The notes: a model not told the origin generated them from the letters alone. A DNA stretch of 59,686 bases, filler included, from Sphacelaria rigidula (GCA_964200075.2; 8 parts of 8 records of this genome joined end to end with filler, not necessarily neighbours in it); one strand, 5' to 3'; shown: positions 13,193 to 26,700, numbered from the whole stretch's first letter. A program made the numbers and translations.

Positions 13193-13559
13193 TGTGTGTG
13201 TTGTGTGTTGTCGTCCCATCTATTCTGGACGCCGGTCTACACCTTTCGTTATATGTGGGCTCACCAGCCGGGGTTACACAGGAGGAAGGGCAACACGGGA
13301 GTTATTTTTTCTCCTTTCTTTTTGTTTTTTTAGTACTCCACCTTCCTTCTGCGGTCCTCGCCTTTTTAGTCTTTATCGCGAGAGGGGTCCAGCAGTCTGT
13401 TCCCCTGGTCGACCGTGATGTCGAATGTTGTGTACCCACGACATGTCGCTCTCCACTGTTGAGCACGAGAAAAAATCCCAGATCGCTCCGAGATTCGAAC
13501 CCACGACCCAACCGTCAGAAGGTTTTGAGGTTACCAATTGAGCCACCGGGGCGACCGGC
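13193..13559 (-). mobile_element. tRNA-derived SINE, near full length
   Basis: A box TGGCTCAATTGG, B box GGTTCGAATC, unrelated body, AACACAC-type tail; copies at 27645 and 59613. Confidence 0.88.
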
Positions 13560-14309
13560 GGTGCACTATATATTGCTCCTCCACTTGGCGGAGGCGTGAG
13601 CCCCTGGTATACATGGATTGCTCTGCTTTGCATCGCGCTTCCAATTTTCTTTTCTCCTCTTTCTTTGTTGTGATGGAGAAGGAGCATAATGAGAAATCAT
13701 GCGCCGTTCTAATCTAGCAAGCTGGGGTGAGAAACAAGTGATGCCGAGACGGTAAAACAGCACGCGAACAGACCAGCGACTTTGAGGAGGGCGGCAGTCA
13801 CCCGCAAGGGTGTACACGGTTCAATAGGGCTCAGTTCAAGTGCAGGTTCGAGACGGGTAAAACAAGCTTGGCACACCACTCTGTTGAGCCAAAGCCTGGT
13901 TTCTCTCAAACCGGACCCATTCTCTTGAACCGAACTCTCTTTTCTCAACATCTTAGTCCGTTCGGCAGTTGAAACACACAAGCAGCTTCAAGCTCCACTG
14001 GCTGCAAGCACGATGCCTTGCGCGGCGGGTATGATCACAGTGTTTGTACGGCAGTATAACAGCAGAGAGGTGCAACATAACGGAGGTACCGTACCATCTT
14101 CGTAAGGCCAAGCTAGCCTGGATGAACGAGTTTGGGTCAAGATAAACAAAACAAAGTTGCATGACAGACTTCATGTAGCGTTGCAGAAGCTGCCGATGAG
14201 CGCATGTAATATGTCTGTTGCTGGGTAGGACGAGTGTAGGTACTTGGGGCTTCACTTGTGTTGAGAGAATCACTTGTACAGCAGTACAGAGTACAGTACA
14301 GTATGTGTG

Positions 14310-14800
14310 GCTTTCTGTCTTCAGGTCAGCAGAGCCACGATGTTTCAGCCGACTGCCTGAACATACTAAAAAGGATATGTAAACCATGCGATGTACACAA
14401 ACTTGCATCTTCGACCAAATGCTATTTTTGGAACCACTGTCACGTCATTTGCTTCGGTGGAATCCGCCATGTGCTGCTCTGTTCTGTGGGGATGTGTTCA
14501 AAAACCATTCTCACGTATCATGAGCGAATGCTCCTTCACCTCTTGGCTTGTAGAGGACGAGTTCACCGATGAAACACGGCTGTCTTATGACAGACGTTTT
14601 CGAAACAGAACCTCAAGGCATGCCCGACGCTGCTGGTCCTGGTATCCAAATTTCCGTACTCTCTCGTTCTAGCACGATGTCAGGTACGCCTTTCACTGCA
14701 GATGCGTTGGTGTGTGGCGGCCACAACTGCTGCTGTTCGTGTTCTCGTCTTGTGATCTTCGCAATGGTACAAGGGTCGGACAGATAATGATTCGTCTGGA
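14310..14800. repeat. Unclassified interspersed repeat
   Basis: Reverse complement matches 42465-42772 and 41790-41935. Confidence 0.8.
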
Positions 14801-14848
14801 AATTAATTGGTTTTAGTATTATCAGTCGACTCGTGACGAATCAATTCC

Positions 14849-14948
14849 NNNNNNNNNNNNNNNNNNNNNNNNNNNNNNNNNNNNNNNNNNNNTTAATTAA
14901 TTAANNNNNNNNNNNNNNNNNNNNNNNNNNNNNNNNNNNNNNNNNNNN
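14849..14948. other. Artificial contig spacer
   Basis: Same 100-nt linker. Confidence 0.99.
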
Positions 14949-15035
14949 TGAGTTGCTTTACTCTGTGGTATCGCCACTTCCAGAGACAGCCACAGCCTAT
15001 ACACTGCCTCATGGGTGCCTCATCATTTAAACACG
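14949..15035 (-). mobile_element. Internal fragment of the type-B SINE-like element
   Basis: tggtatcgccacttccagagacagccac..acactgcctcatgg matches 21978-22062. Confidence 0.85.
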
Positions 15036-16727
15036 TGTATAGCTGTGGGGGGGGATGTGTAGTGAATTTGCATATTCAACGCTCGTAATGAACATAGAAT
15101 GGTCGTTTTTGTGTACAAACGGTATTGAAAGTATTCCGCGGTGGAGGATGTGACGTCATACCTACGCTGGGCATGACGTTTAAATAGCAAGCTGGGGCCC
15201 GGGTCGAAACGGTTGTGCTGGGCGGCTTGGAACGCGTGAGTTCCAAATTTATGACCGCTGGGTGCTGTAGTTTGCAGTCATAAAATAAGAGCCAATATTT
15301 CAAGGAGGCTGTGTGTGGTGTCGACAAGACAAGCTCTCGTCGCATAATGGCGGGACGCTTACATCTTGCCGCGAGGCGACAACTGCGGCTGGTGAGCGAG
15401 GAAGATCTGCTTTGCTCATTCCAGAGTGTTTAGGTTGATACAGTGGTACGTATGGTACGATGCTGTTAACGACAAAAAATGATGAAGAGTCCGAAGCCAT
15501 GAGACAGCAGTAAGCTAGCTCGCTTTTGAAGGCGATCGTAATTTCGTACACATATTGTGCGGGAGCATTGATGTGGACACACGATCTGGGGCAACTTCAA
15601 ACAGGTGTCCTCATCTTTCTCGGCTTTGTCGGCAAGTAGTTTTCCTCCGTATAGTAGTCAACGGTAAGTTATTCACCGGCGAACGAATACCCGACAAGAT
15701 CATGACCTCAAGCAAGCATACGTGGAGAGTACATATGCTGTTGTGTGTTTTTCCGGTCCCTAAGTATACTAGCAACGGGACTACCAGGGTACTATGAAGG
15801 CTATGCTTCATGTGCGAAAACGTGCACCAGCGGCTAACCTTCGGCGCTGACTCCGCAGCCTCGAGCATGTCTACGGCCTCTGCCTCCTCCACCTTCCTTT
15901 TCGATAGCCCTTCATACTACTTACGTCGAGTTTGAATCCCGCCAGGATCGATTCACGTGGGGGAGGACGGGGTGGGAACCGGACAAACGTCGTGAAAAAG
16001 TTCCAGGCTGTACGGGCGGCGCACAAGGTGAATGATCGGGTCGTGGGTCAATCGTAGTTGATTTGACAAGCACAAAACAAATATCGACAAGCATGTGACA
16101 CTTGCAACGGCCGTTGGAGTGTGCGCGTAAATATTTTGGAGGATGACGTGCGCATTCCAAATATTCGAGATAATGCAGCACAGTATCCTAGGATACTCGT
16201 CCTCCCTATCGAGGACGTCGTCATTTTACATGTGGAACTCCACCAGATAATTCCACCGTTCTTGGGCCCACCATCATCCTACTGTACGGGCGGGAAACAA
16301 ATAGACATTTCGGATCACCAACCTTGCCCGAGGTTTCTCGCTCTTTCCTCGCTTGCCCCTGCTCCTGCCAGAACGCCTGTATTCGTTTCGTCTGGATGCG
16401 ATGAATATATGCACACAGAAACGCAACAGCCGTAGGTTACCGGGGACGGTCGGGGTAGATGCGCTGGTACAATAACCAAACGAAGTACATGTACACATAG
16501 ACACGGTGCTTGTAGTCGTGGAGGCACGTTGCGGCCACCCGATACCCGCATTTAGGGAAAGGGTTCTGGATATGTCGCAGAAACTGGGGGGCGTTTTTAG
16601 CTGACACTTACGTAGCAACGTTCAATAAATAATTGACACCAAGAACGTTTGGAGGTCTTGATCATAAAAGCAGTAGCATGCGTATACACTGTAGGAGGAA
16701 ACCCTCGACGCTCGGGACCAACCTTAC

Positions 16728-17534
16728 TTGCATATTCGGATGTACAGAAACTTCTTCACCTTCATGTTCTTGGACAATGTCAAGTACTCTTGTCACCTGT
16801 TCGTTCGAATACCACTCCAACATATCTTTCGTGGTAGAGTCCGACCTGGGACCCCCATCACCACCTCCACCTCCTCCATCCACAGCAGTCTTGCGGCTCG
16901 ATCCTACGACGTCCAGTCGTATCATCCCACCGCCCGCCATCATGGATGGATGTTGATGTGGACGGTGCCCTGTTGTTGCCTTCGAGACGTTGACATTATC
17001 TCTCGATGTGCCTGCTGCTTCAGTGACCCCTGAGGGATTGATGCCACCGACAACAGCCGTTGGCGCCGTTGTTGTGGGGGCCTTAGCGGAGACTCGATTG
17101 CCTGTGGTAGTGCTACAACCCCTGTGATGCTGCTGTCGTTCTTTACCGCTGCTGGCCGTTACGGCAGCAGTAAGATCATCGTGCTGCTTCGGTTGAGGAA
17201 TGACAATCGACACAACCACTCGAGAAAGGAGCGCTTCGGGCGGAGGATCGACGATTTTTTCTTTGTCTTGCTTTCCACTGCTTCTCTTCTTGCGGGCGCC
17301 GTCGTTAAATATACTGCTTCCGGTTCTGCTCGAGTTGCTGCCGTCCCCATTACTGCCACCGCCGCCCCCCCAGTTGGCGTATCTTCGATCAAGACTATGT
17401 TTGCTTCCGGTCGTTGAGGCAGCCGTACTGCTGTCCCCGTCGGCTGCCGAGCATTCTTCATGGTGATCCGCAGGACGTTGACTCAGGAATTTTGTCACGC
17501 GGCGTATCTCTTTGACCACGATTTCGTTCCACGC
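16728..17534 (-). CDS. Probable large exon of an uncharacterised low-complexity protein
   Basis: 807-nt open frame bounded by cag and gtaag, inside the 334-aa ORF; G/S/T-rich; no recognisable domain. Confidence 0.45.
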
Positions 17535-18196
17535 CTGTGTTAGGGGAGTCATTTGAATATATTGAATGCGACGTCGTTCTCGAGCCTGAGTTTCAGGGCA
17601 GCGCGGAGGCAGGTTATTTTGTAGAAATAAGGGCGAAGGAGCGATTGTATCGAACACATGTCGCACGGATATGGGACGAAGAAGGGTCGGTGCTTTCTAC
17701 CGTACCGAGGATATACTTCTTCGGGATTGCCTCCGTGAAGCAGCAATCTTGAAAAATTATGTTGGCGCGGCAGAGTAATAAAAACACGGTAAATGTTCTC
17801 AACTAGAGAGTTGCGTTCAGTAGCCCGTTGCACTGTAGGAATCCCTGTAACAATCAATCTACACATGATCCACCACGTGCCACAGCACCACACAATGCCA
17901 CAGGCTACGAAATAATCCTGCAGACAAATCACAACTTGTTGCATACTTTCAAATGACCGGTCAAAAGCGGCCCTATTGCACAGGGTAAGTTTTTCCCATG
18001 TGACCTATGGCAAGCATCAAACCTGCGACGGCGTGCTAATACCAGTATCCCAAACCCTTGACAGCGAGGCATTAGATATCGTCAGTGCACGAGCATCCAA
18101 GTTGTGTGAAGATCATGTCGCGAGGTGGTAGATTGGCATTAATAAGCCCGAACTCCGCGCACTTTGCGGTCATGGGGTGAATATGACCAGTCGAAC

Positions 18197-18374
18197 CTGG
18201 CGCCAGGACCCCAACTTCTCTTGCCACGATGGTGGAGGATGCCGAAGCCGCGCTTCGGCTTCCAAGCGCCTCCTTTCCCTCAGGCGACACCAACGAATGT
18301 ATCCCGCAAGAGTTACCCTGCCGAGTTGATCCTTCTCTAGATCCCCAACAGGAGCTAACGCCTCCTCAGCCTCT
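18197..18374 (-). CDS. Possible exon of the same unknown gene
   Basis: AG/GT bounded; EAEEALAPVGDLEKDQLGRVTLAGYIRWCRLRERRRLEAEAR is weakly EF-hand/coiled-coil-like. Confidence 0.33.
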
Positions 18375-20324
18375 CTGAGGAGCACACACGCACATGCGCG
18401 CGTTCATTTTGGGGGGCGGGTGCAGGACAGGTTTCGCTTCGAAAACATCCCGCAACAAACGTGTAGGACCGCGATAGGTTGACTTCTGTTCGAAGTGTCT
18501 GGGATTTATTTATGTAGAGGTACTCGCGTGGCACGCAACACACATATTGACATCATTCTGACCCATGTGGTAAATAGCTTGGTCACATTTTCTCTGACGA
18601 GGATTGTTCAACCCTGGTTCGATCTTGTTCTCATTTCACTGCGCCGTTTGAAAAAGGGACGCAGGAGCAACTCCACTCGAAGGAGGCGTGATTTTCTGAA
18701 GGAAAAACTGAGAATGCAGACTCATCTTTTATACCGCAATCACGCGACAGAAATCGCTGTTGCCTCGTCGTCCTCACATGCTTGGCATAAAATAGCTGGG
18801 GCTGCGAGAAGCATCTAACTTCCACATGAAAGAGGAAATCAACACACCGTTACACAGAAGGGTATGGACAAAACAACAAGAAACATAATACATATTATAT
18901 GTGTGTGCATGAAGAGCGTTCAACGTGTGTGCAAAGTACAGAGTGAAAACTATGGTCCAAACCATTTATTCTCAAAGCGAGTAGCGCATATCGCCGCCCA
19001 GTGAACGTCTGGTAGGATGAGATATTCTAGTACATTCATCTATCAGCGTTTTCTCTATCCAGCTTCATGAATTCTACGTTACTGAACACGCCTGTCAGTG
19101 ACGAAGCCCCCAGCGCCTTCGACAAGATCTTCCAAAGTATCCACGTCTAAACGAGTCGCGAACGGCGCGGACCACCTTCCCGGTGTTGTTCCACGGGTGT
19201 TATCGTCCGCCGCTCCTGTAATGAGGGTTAATGCCACATTTATCGACAAGAAACCGACAGCACGGCGGCACAGCAAAATGGTTTTTGTAGCAGGACTCAT
19301 CTGACCGGAAGGTAATAGTATAGACTTGTTTCCTCACGGGGTCGAATAGTTGTACGGATGTACAAACAGAACGATGTTCTCAACCGCGATTTGTACATGG
19401 AATGCGTCCATCCTTGTCCACAGAGAGGCGTTGTAGCTCATCGCCACAACAGTGTAGTAGTTGTTTACAATTATGTCCAACAGCTTTTCTAGTCAAGGTT
19501 TTCCATAGTAGTTGTTTACGAGTCAGTGCAGCAGCTTCTCTAGTCTAGGTTTCCAGCGGGACGATCCTGTACTCCCACGCTTAGAACCCCCGTTGGTATT
19601 TCCGAACTACGCCGTCGATGGCTCAGGAAAAACCCAACGCACGCGCACGAGTCTGACCTTCGGCGGCCAGAGTCTGCTCCTGTTCAAGGACTTCCCAATT
19701 TCGGACACTGCGTAACTCTCCGCCATGAACAGAGGATCTTTCATCGCCTCCTCGCGACAGTCCAGCGAGTCGCACACTTCCCCTTACTCCTTTACCCCGA
19801 TCCTCCTCGTCAGCCTAGGTCCGCGGAAAAAATACGAGGCCTTTGTCGGGATTGGTGCGGGCAGCTGCGCCGGGGTTTGTCACGTGATGATGGCGATACA
19901 ATCGCGTCATGTTTTTTTTCTCCAATTGTTTTATCGTGAAAGTAGGTGCGTGTAGCGCATCATCCGGGCGAAGACATTCTTGCGTTTTGTTTCACTGACT
20001 GTTGTGGAATGTTTAGACGTTACACGAACGTTTTCTCGTCAAGCTTGGGCTGCCAAAAGTATGACGACACGATGTGCTGCACGTTTCTTGCCACTCATGT
20101 ATCCACAACGCAGGCGCGCCATTTTTCCAACGGCATTTCCACCTGAAATGCAGGTGAAAGGAACGCAAAGCACTACCATCAGTCACCTGGACACCAAACG
20201 ACTTCCCTATCTTCACAACTATCAGGAATTCATGCCGGCAGGGGAGCTTCCTCACCGCAGACAGCCATTTCCTTCTTCATCATGTTCTAGCGTGTCCACG
20301 TTTGCGATGCTGTATCACCACCAT

Positions 20325-20365
20325 CAACCACAACCACAACCACAACCACAACCACAACCACAACC

Positions 20366-20438
<73 letters not shown>
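20325..20438 (+). repeat. Compound microsatellite (CAACCA)n(CAA)n
   Basis: Directly visible. Confidence 0.97.
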
Positions 20439-20514
20439 ACCAATACGCCGCACGCTCTCAGTCCGAAAAAACAGCAATAATGACTGCTACAAACCAATAA
20501 ACAATAAAAACATA

Positions 20515-20744
20515 GCTTCGTCTCGCCTTCTTCGCCATGCTGATCTTGTAGCTCCGCGCGAAGGCCGCGCTGTCGAACGCCGAAGCCGACGCCTTCCACT
20601 CTCCGGTTTCTAGACTTGTCGCCGCTGCTCTTGCGCGCTCACAGATCCCTCTCTCGCGCTCAGCCTGCCGTGCGGCTCGTCTTCTCGTCTGCGCCTGAAG
20701 CGCATTCGCAGCAGCCGCTGCTGCCGTGGCAGCACCGTTGTCTG
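20515..20744 (-). CDS. Possible exon with IQ-like motif; 3' boundary uncertain
   Basis: AANALQAQTRRRAARQ resembles the IQxxxRxxxxR motif; upstream AG acceptor. Confidence 0.3.
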
Positions 20745-21741
20745 CTACAATAAAGAAGTACCGACAGGAGACAACCAAACGTGCCGACGCACTCGCGGCT
20801 TGGGGTCAACATAACAGATCCGTAACCTGGAGACCTCGATTCTCTCTTTTGCACCAGATACGTGGGTGTTGGGGCAGGCGGTGCCCTTTTGCCAAGCAAT
20901 TGGGTAGAGAGTCAGTACTCTAAACGTGAATCGTATTTGGCTAGAATATTGGATTCGGTGTTCGTTATGTTGGAGATATCTATCGTCTGATCACTACCGG
21001 GGATTCGAGGGGGTCGGTTTAAGTGCAATAATCAATCGATCACCCGATCAACCGAACAACAAATTTCGTGTTTTTTGAGTGTGTATTGTAGCAAAACCGT
21101 GAAAACTGTGATCTGATCTCAAAAACATGTCCCTGTCGCTGATTCGGGGTGACCTGTTTCACATAGTTCACGTGCGATGACTGCGTGAAAAACAACTAAT
21201 GATACAAGTCTCGTGAAAACATACACGAGACGTGATGGAAGCTCAAAGGCAATTACCGTGGCCTTGTCCCTGATGATCTGCGGTGAAGCGATCAAAATTG
21301 TGATCATTTGAAACACAGGGATGCCGCATAGGCAAGAGCGCCCTTTATCAACTTCATTCCCGAGAGCAACGGACTGCTGACAATGACGATAGCATTTAGC
21401 ATTGTTGAGAACCCGTAGGTGTCACCTCGGGTCTCGCTCGGGCCCGCCGCTCGCGCTGCCGCCCGTAGGAGCCTTCCTACTTTCATGAGCGCTTGCATTT
21501 GCACCTCCGGCGAAGTCTCCTGGTCACCTCCTCCCCACAGCCTTATGTTCCTGCTGGTGGTGTTGTCTCCTCGCCCGCCGCCATCGTCTTCGCCTGCAGT
21601 ACCAAAACGGTCGCTTCTGCCGACCTGACAATCAAACGTGTCTTCTGTCCATGAAACTTTTGGCGTAGACTGCGAAGACTCTCTGTTGGTGGTGCGGCCC
21701 TGGATTTCGACGCCTGCGGCGTCGGAAACAAATACAGATGC

Positions 21742-22197
21742 GGGGGGGGGCAGTCCTCATGATCTTGCATGCCGTAGTCGTAAGACCATTGACTTTGCAT
21801 CCCTACAAAGCTGGGATGGACCACGCCGGGTTTTGGCCGGACCAGGTTCGCAATCAATCACCAAGCGCGAAACGCGGTGGAGTGTTCGGCGAGTCGCATG
21901 GAGGTTGAGCTGCATCCTGCTAAGGTTGTTCGGCCCGACGCCTACTGATTATCCTGCATATGGATGACAGCCTAGAATGAGCTGCTTTGTTGTCTGGTAT
22001 CGCCACTTCCAGAGACAGCCACGGGTTACACACTGCCTCATGGTTGTCTCATCATTTGAACACTACGTAGCACGATCATCGTCTTTGTGCGGAGTTCCGG
22101 TTCTCCTTTAAATTGACCACCATCATGGTTACCGCAAAAAAAACGCAAACGAAGAAAGAAACGGTAACCGGGCTGCCTAACTTACGCAGTGAGTGGC
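21742..22197 (-). mobile_element. Type-B SINE-like element, second long copy, ending in a C-run
   Basis: Reverse complement is colinear with 6184-6663. Confidence 0.88.
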
Positions 22198-22199
22198 GT

Positions 22200-22321
22200 G
22201 GGAGGGGGGGGAGCGTGCTCATTTGTTGCTTGCCTTAGTCGTTCAACCATTGATTGCATGGGGGGGGGAGGGGTGGGGGGGTGTACTCGTGATCATGCAT
22301 GCCGTAGTCGTAAGACGATGG
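22200..22321 (-). mobile_element. Two stacked 3' tails (type A 22200-22253, type B 22260-22321), each ending in a C-run
   Basis: Minus strand reads ..gcatgatcacgagtaca-C-run, then aatggttgaacgactaaggcaagcaacaaatgagcacgct-C-run. Confidence 0.88.
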
Positions 22322-22421
22322 NNNNNNNNNNNNNNNNNNNNNNNNNNNNNNNNNNNNNNNNNNNNTTAATTAATTAANNNNNNNNNNNNNNNNNNNNNNN
22401 NNNNNNNNNNNNNNNNNNNNN
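22322..22421. other. Artificial contig spacer
   Basis: Same 100-nt linker. Confidence 0.99.
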
Positions 22422-23405
22422 GCGGATTGAGAGTGGCTTTGATCATTCGCTTTGACTTGGCCAATTTCTCATTCCGTGTGTGCTTTTCATCGTCTCATCA
22501 CTGCCATGTGCTTACAGCTACACGTTGAAATCCTACTCAGGGGTATCGAGGGCCCCGGTGGGAAGCTACTACAGAGAGAATATTGGGCCTGGTGGAGGTG
22601 CATTTCGGAACTGAAACGGCTCATCCACTAATTGACCGCTTTTCACTCTTAATCGTACTTTCGACTCTCAATTTCACGAAAACGTTGTTATTTTTGCCTC
22701 GATTTCGGGGAGAAAAAAGGCTAAAAACCCCTCGAAATAGTTTTAGGGAGGTCGGGAGGGGTGAGGGTGGTCCATATGAAAGTAATTTGTCGTAAATTTA
22801 GGTCAGGGAAAGCACGGCTTTTGAGTTGAACCTAATTTTGTTTTCAACCCCATTTTCGAGAATCCATTCTTTGTTGTTTTCGCCGCACCACCGCCCTTGC
22901 TGGCATGTGTGTGACGGAGAACAGCAGTGAACAATGTTTTCGTGAAATTGAGAACTGAATATAGGATTGAGAGTGACATCTGTTTTCGACCGGCGTGACA
23001 TTCATATTTTAAATGGTTACACGACACGTTAGCTTCTAGCAAAATAAGAGGCCCGTTGACCCTTGGAGCTGTAGATCTGATGAAATGTCCGTACACAATG
23101 GTTGACAGAGATGACTACTCGATTTTAGAGTTGGTAAAGTTTTGAAAACAAACATGGTTTGGGGCAGGTGAGCAGTGGACCCAGCTTGTCCAGAACGTGT
23201 TTTTGTCAAAATCGGAGCCTGCCGCGACGATCCGAAGTCTGCCAACGCACACTTTGCCTAGGGGAAGCTGTGCACCCTCCTCGCTCGAGGGTCTCGTGCG
23301 CCTTGGGTCGGGGTTAGGGTTAGTGCTAGTGCTAGTGTTAGTGTTAGTCTGTAACATTCGATGATGTTCCCCATCAATCCTTATCTACTAACCTTTCTTC
23401 AGGTC

Positions 23406-23653
23406 TGTGACGCCAGCAGGTTGCTAGTACTGCACCGTCTAATGCTGTTGAGGGACTCCCCAGTTCCACTGGCCTCAAGGTCTCAGTTGTCAGCCTTCAC
23501 AACACCTTTGTTAGTTCTGGACTAAAAAGCTGCAACCCCTTACCGTCAGGTCTGGGCTACACAGCAAGGGTCATCATCCACAGGATGCCCTTGTCCCCCG
23601 ATCATCATCCAGGATCCACCATGTATTCAACGTGATGGCGTGACTTCGTCACA
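23406..23653 (-). repeat. 3' LTR
   Basis: Direct repeat of 27295-27542, about 19 differences by manual count. Confidence 0.95.
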
Positions 23654-23749
23654 GCACCCCCAAAGCGCGTTGGACGAGAATCGAGCAACAAGCTTGACAC
23701 TCAGAAAACAAACGCCGAAGCGATTGAGCAAGTCACAACTGAATCCCAC

Positions 23750-26700
23750 TATCGGCGTACGATCATAACGACGTCGATACACTGTATTGAGCGCGCATTG
23801 CACCGGCGGCAACACGCCCACCCACTCGGAAACCGCTCTACGCTGCTCGAGAAGAACAGAGCGAAGAGCACAAACTACTTCCCTGACCATGCGTTCGCAC
23901 GTACCGTTAGACCACGGAGAATACGCTACCGCAAACTGGTGATCAACGCGCAAATTCTCTCGCAATCAGGCCAAGATCGCATTCTTGAGATGCGTGTCGG
24001 TGTCACTCACCCACACACGGGGCACCCCCAAAGTTTTACACCAATTCAGTATAGACGCAGAAGTCGATTCAACAGTGCACACTGCTACTGGTTCCAGAGC
24101 CACAAAGTTGTTCAAATTATCCATGATTACCAAAAGATATCGAAATCCTGCATCCTCCGACAAACCGTGGAAAGCGAGCGGGCCACTCTGGCCCACGTAC
24201 AAGAAGTCAAAATGAACGACTTTATTCGGCGTGATCCCTTGGACCGTTTCGCCGAGCGGACGGGGAAGAGCATCGCCCGCCCTCGAGTCAGCACAGTGAA
24301 GACACTGGCGGACAAAATTGCGCTCATTAGTTTCTATCCCCTGCCAGACACAAAACTCTTGCAAGCGCACGAGCGTCGCAGCCACACCACGATACCCAGC
24401 GTCGCGCATGTGCGCGCAAATCATCAGACGTACCTGCAACTGCTTGTCAGAACTCGGCATCCATAAATCGTTTCGGCCACGCACATGCACACGAAACAGT
24501 ATTTTATTATCCAAGATAGCAGTACCAACGTCCGACTCGAAAGATTGCACACCCTCATCTTCGACCCCAAGGTCTTTTCGTTGCGCTTGGCGGACAACAG
24601 ATGTGGACGGCATCGAGTCATCAGGTTCACACGGCTCATACACAGCCACAATGCGCGCAGGCAAACTGGAAATATTTACCCAGCGCGACAGCAAGTCACC
24701 CTACGCGTTACGTTCACCCGAAATATGACAAATCGTGTACCGGTACTGGCCTAATACAACTTTCCCCCCCTCCAATCGCTGTGCCAACACCTTCGACACA
24801 GATGTCACGCATGCCTCCGGGTTGAAAATGTACGCTAGATTTCGGTGATCCGTGAAAATGTGCATGCCATTCCACAATAGATGCTCGAGACGACGAAAAG
24901 TGCCCACGACAGCAAAATCTTCCTTGTCAACGGTTGCCCAACGCATCTGTGAACCCTTGAAATTACCAGTAAGAAAAGCCAGCGGTTCATGCGTCATGTC
25001 TTCAACTGGCAACCGTTGTTGCGTTTCAGCATCAGGCACCTGCGTCACAAAACTACCCCAATGGCACTCAAATGCATCCGGAAACTTTGACACCTGACAA
25101 TTAGGACGAGGATGGAGCAGTGTCACGGCATGAGCCACCAGATCCTTCGCTGCCGCCCACGCCTGCAGCCTGCCCTCCGTCCACGATGCAGCCTTCTTCG
25201 GGAACCCCATATCTGGAGTGGGCCACCCTGCCTGCAAATTTCGTAACACCAACTCGAGCGCCAAAAGAGCCGCTATGCACAATGCCAACCAACTCGACTT
25301 CACTGGATCGTACCGCCGCGGCTTCGTCTTCACCGCACACGTCCCAGGTTGTGGCTGAACACGCATGGGCTCCACGCGCGCAGGGGGATCACCCCGCAGC
25401 GCACGACGAAACGCGTTGAATCGGCAATGCAATATGCCGCGCAGGCGCTCCGCTTTTGAGACGCTGAGGCTGTTCGCCCCAGCATCCGTCACGCTCTCCT
25501 CCAGCGCGACTTTCCGAGCGGACTCCTCTTCCGCCTTATCAATAAATATCTCCGGGCCGCGCTCTACCAAGCGTTCCACCGCCGCATCCCGCTCCTCAGC
25601 CACCTGCCTTCCATCCTCCTGAAAAGCATTTACCGATAAGCTCACGTGACAGCTGCCCAAAACGGCGGGCGTCTCCAAGCATGGGCCAGGCGGAGACACC
25701 CACGTCTTCATGGAGTCCCACAACCGCCGAGCGTTGACTCCAGTATCCTGAACCATAGGCAACACCATAAGAATAACGTCATCCGACCCCGGCATGATCG
25801 CAAACGAGATCGGAGGCAACTGTGCCGGTCCCCGGGAAGCCATCAAAGTCAGCTGCAGCGGAACCGTACGCTCTGTGACGTAAAGATGCTGACCCGACGC
25901 GGTGACGGCCTGCCGCGCCCCGAGCGAAAATGGAGTGCGCAGCGCCACACCCGGGAGAAGACGCTCCAACATCTCTACGATTTGTACCGACAGACTCACA
26001 CGACCCGCCCAGTGGGCGCGGGAACCCCACTTAGCATCTACCGCAATGGCTCCCCGCGCCCGGTGATTCGGGAGATATGACTCTGCAGCCATATATTTGC
26101 CTTGATACTCGACCAGCACCTGCTCCGTCGACTGATTGTTCGTGATCCCCACTTGGCGCCACGACTGCGCGTGCGGCGCAGGCATAGACGCCCCCGCTGG
26201 GGTCACCGGCAGAACCAAATTGCAGCGGCACTCCGGCCGACGCAGCAGCGGATACTAATTTCAGCTGAAATCCGGCCGGCTCAGCAGCAGGCATCTCGCC
26301 TTACTCTGCTGCCGGCGGCGCCAGCATTGAGCCCGATACTAGAGTGGTCGGTCCGACCTGCACCGTCCGTTACGGAGCAGCAGCCCTTGCGGCTGAGTTG
26401 GACCCAGAACCGGACCCCTGCTGACGCCGCTGCCCCTGCTGCTGCTGCTGCTGCTGTTGGGAACTCGACTGTGCACCTCCACCGCTGGAGGATCCTCCGC
26501 CGCCGCCACCACGATCACCTCGTATTTTGCCCTTGTGCTGACGATGCTGATGGCGTGCGGCATGAGACTGCCCAGACTTTCCACCGGAATACGTTAGGCA
26601 ATCGCGCGCGTAATGGCCGACCTGGCCACAACAGTGGCAAGTGCCCGCCGCATGCCTAGCATGCTTTCTGATCGCCGAAACCGATTGCGGCGGTGTTATT

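Noticed and set aside
13215-13280. Hammerhead ribozyme (CTGGTGA..GAAA); also CTGATGA near 6016 and on the minus strand near 12061
   Set aside because: The core is mutated or stems II and III cannot be formed
13480-13559. Functional tRNA gene (also 27645 and 59613)
   Set aside because: A and B boxes are present but the cloverleaf is poor, and the sequence continues into a shared SINE body
19980-20613. PolyQ, polyN or polyC protein ORFs
   Set aside because: These are translation artefacts of the CAA microsatellite
23300-23350. True telomere
   Set aside because: Short, degenerate and internal
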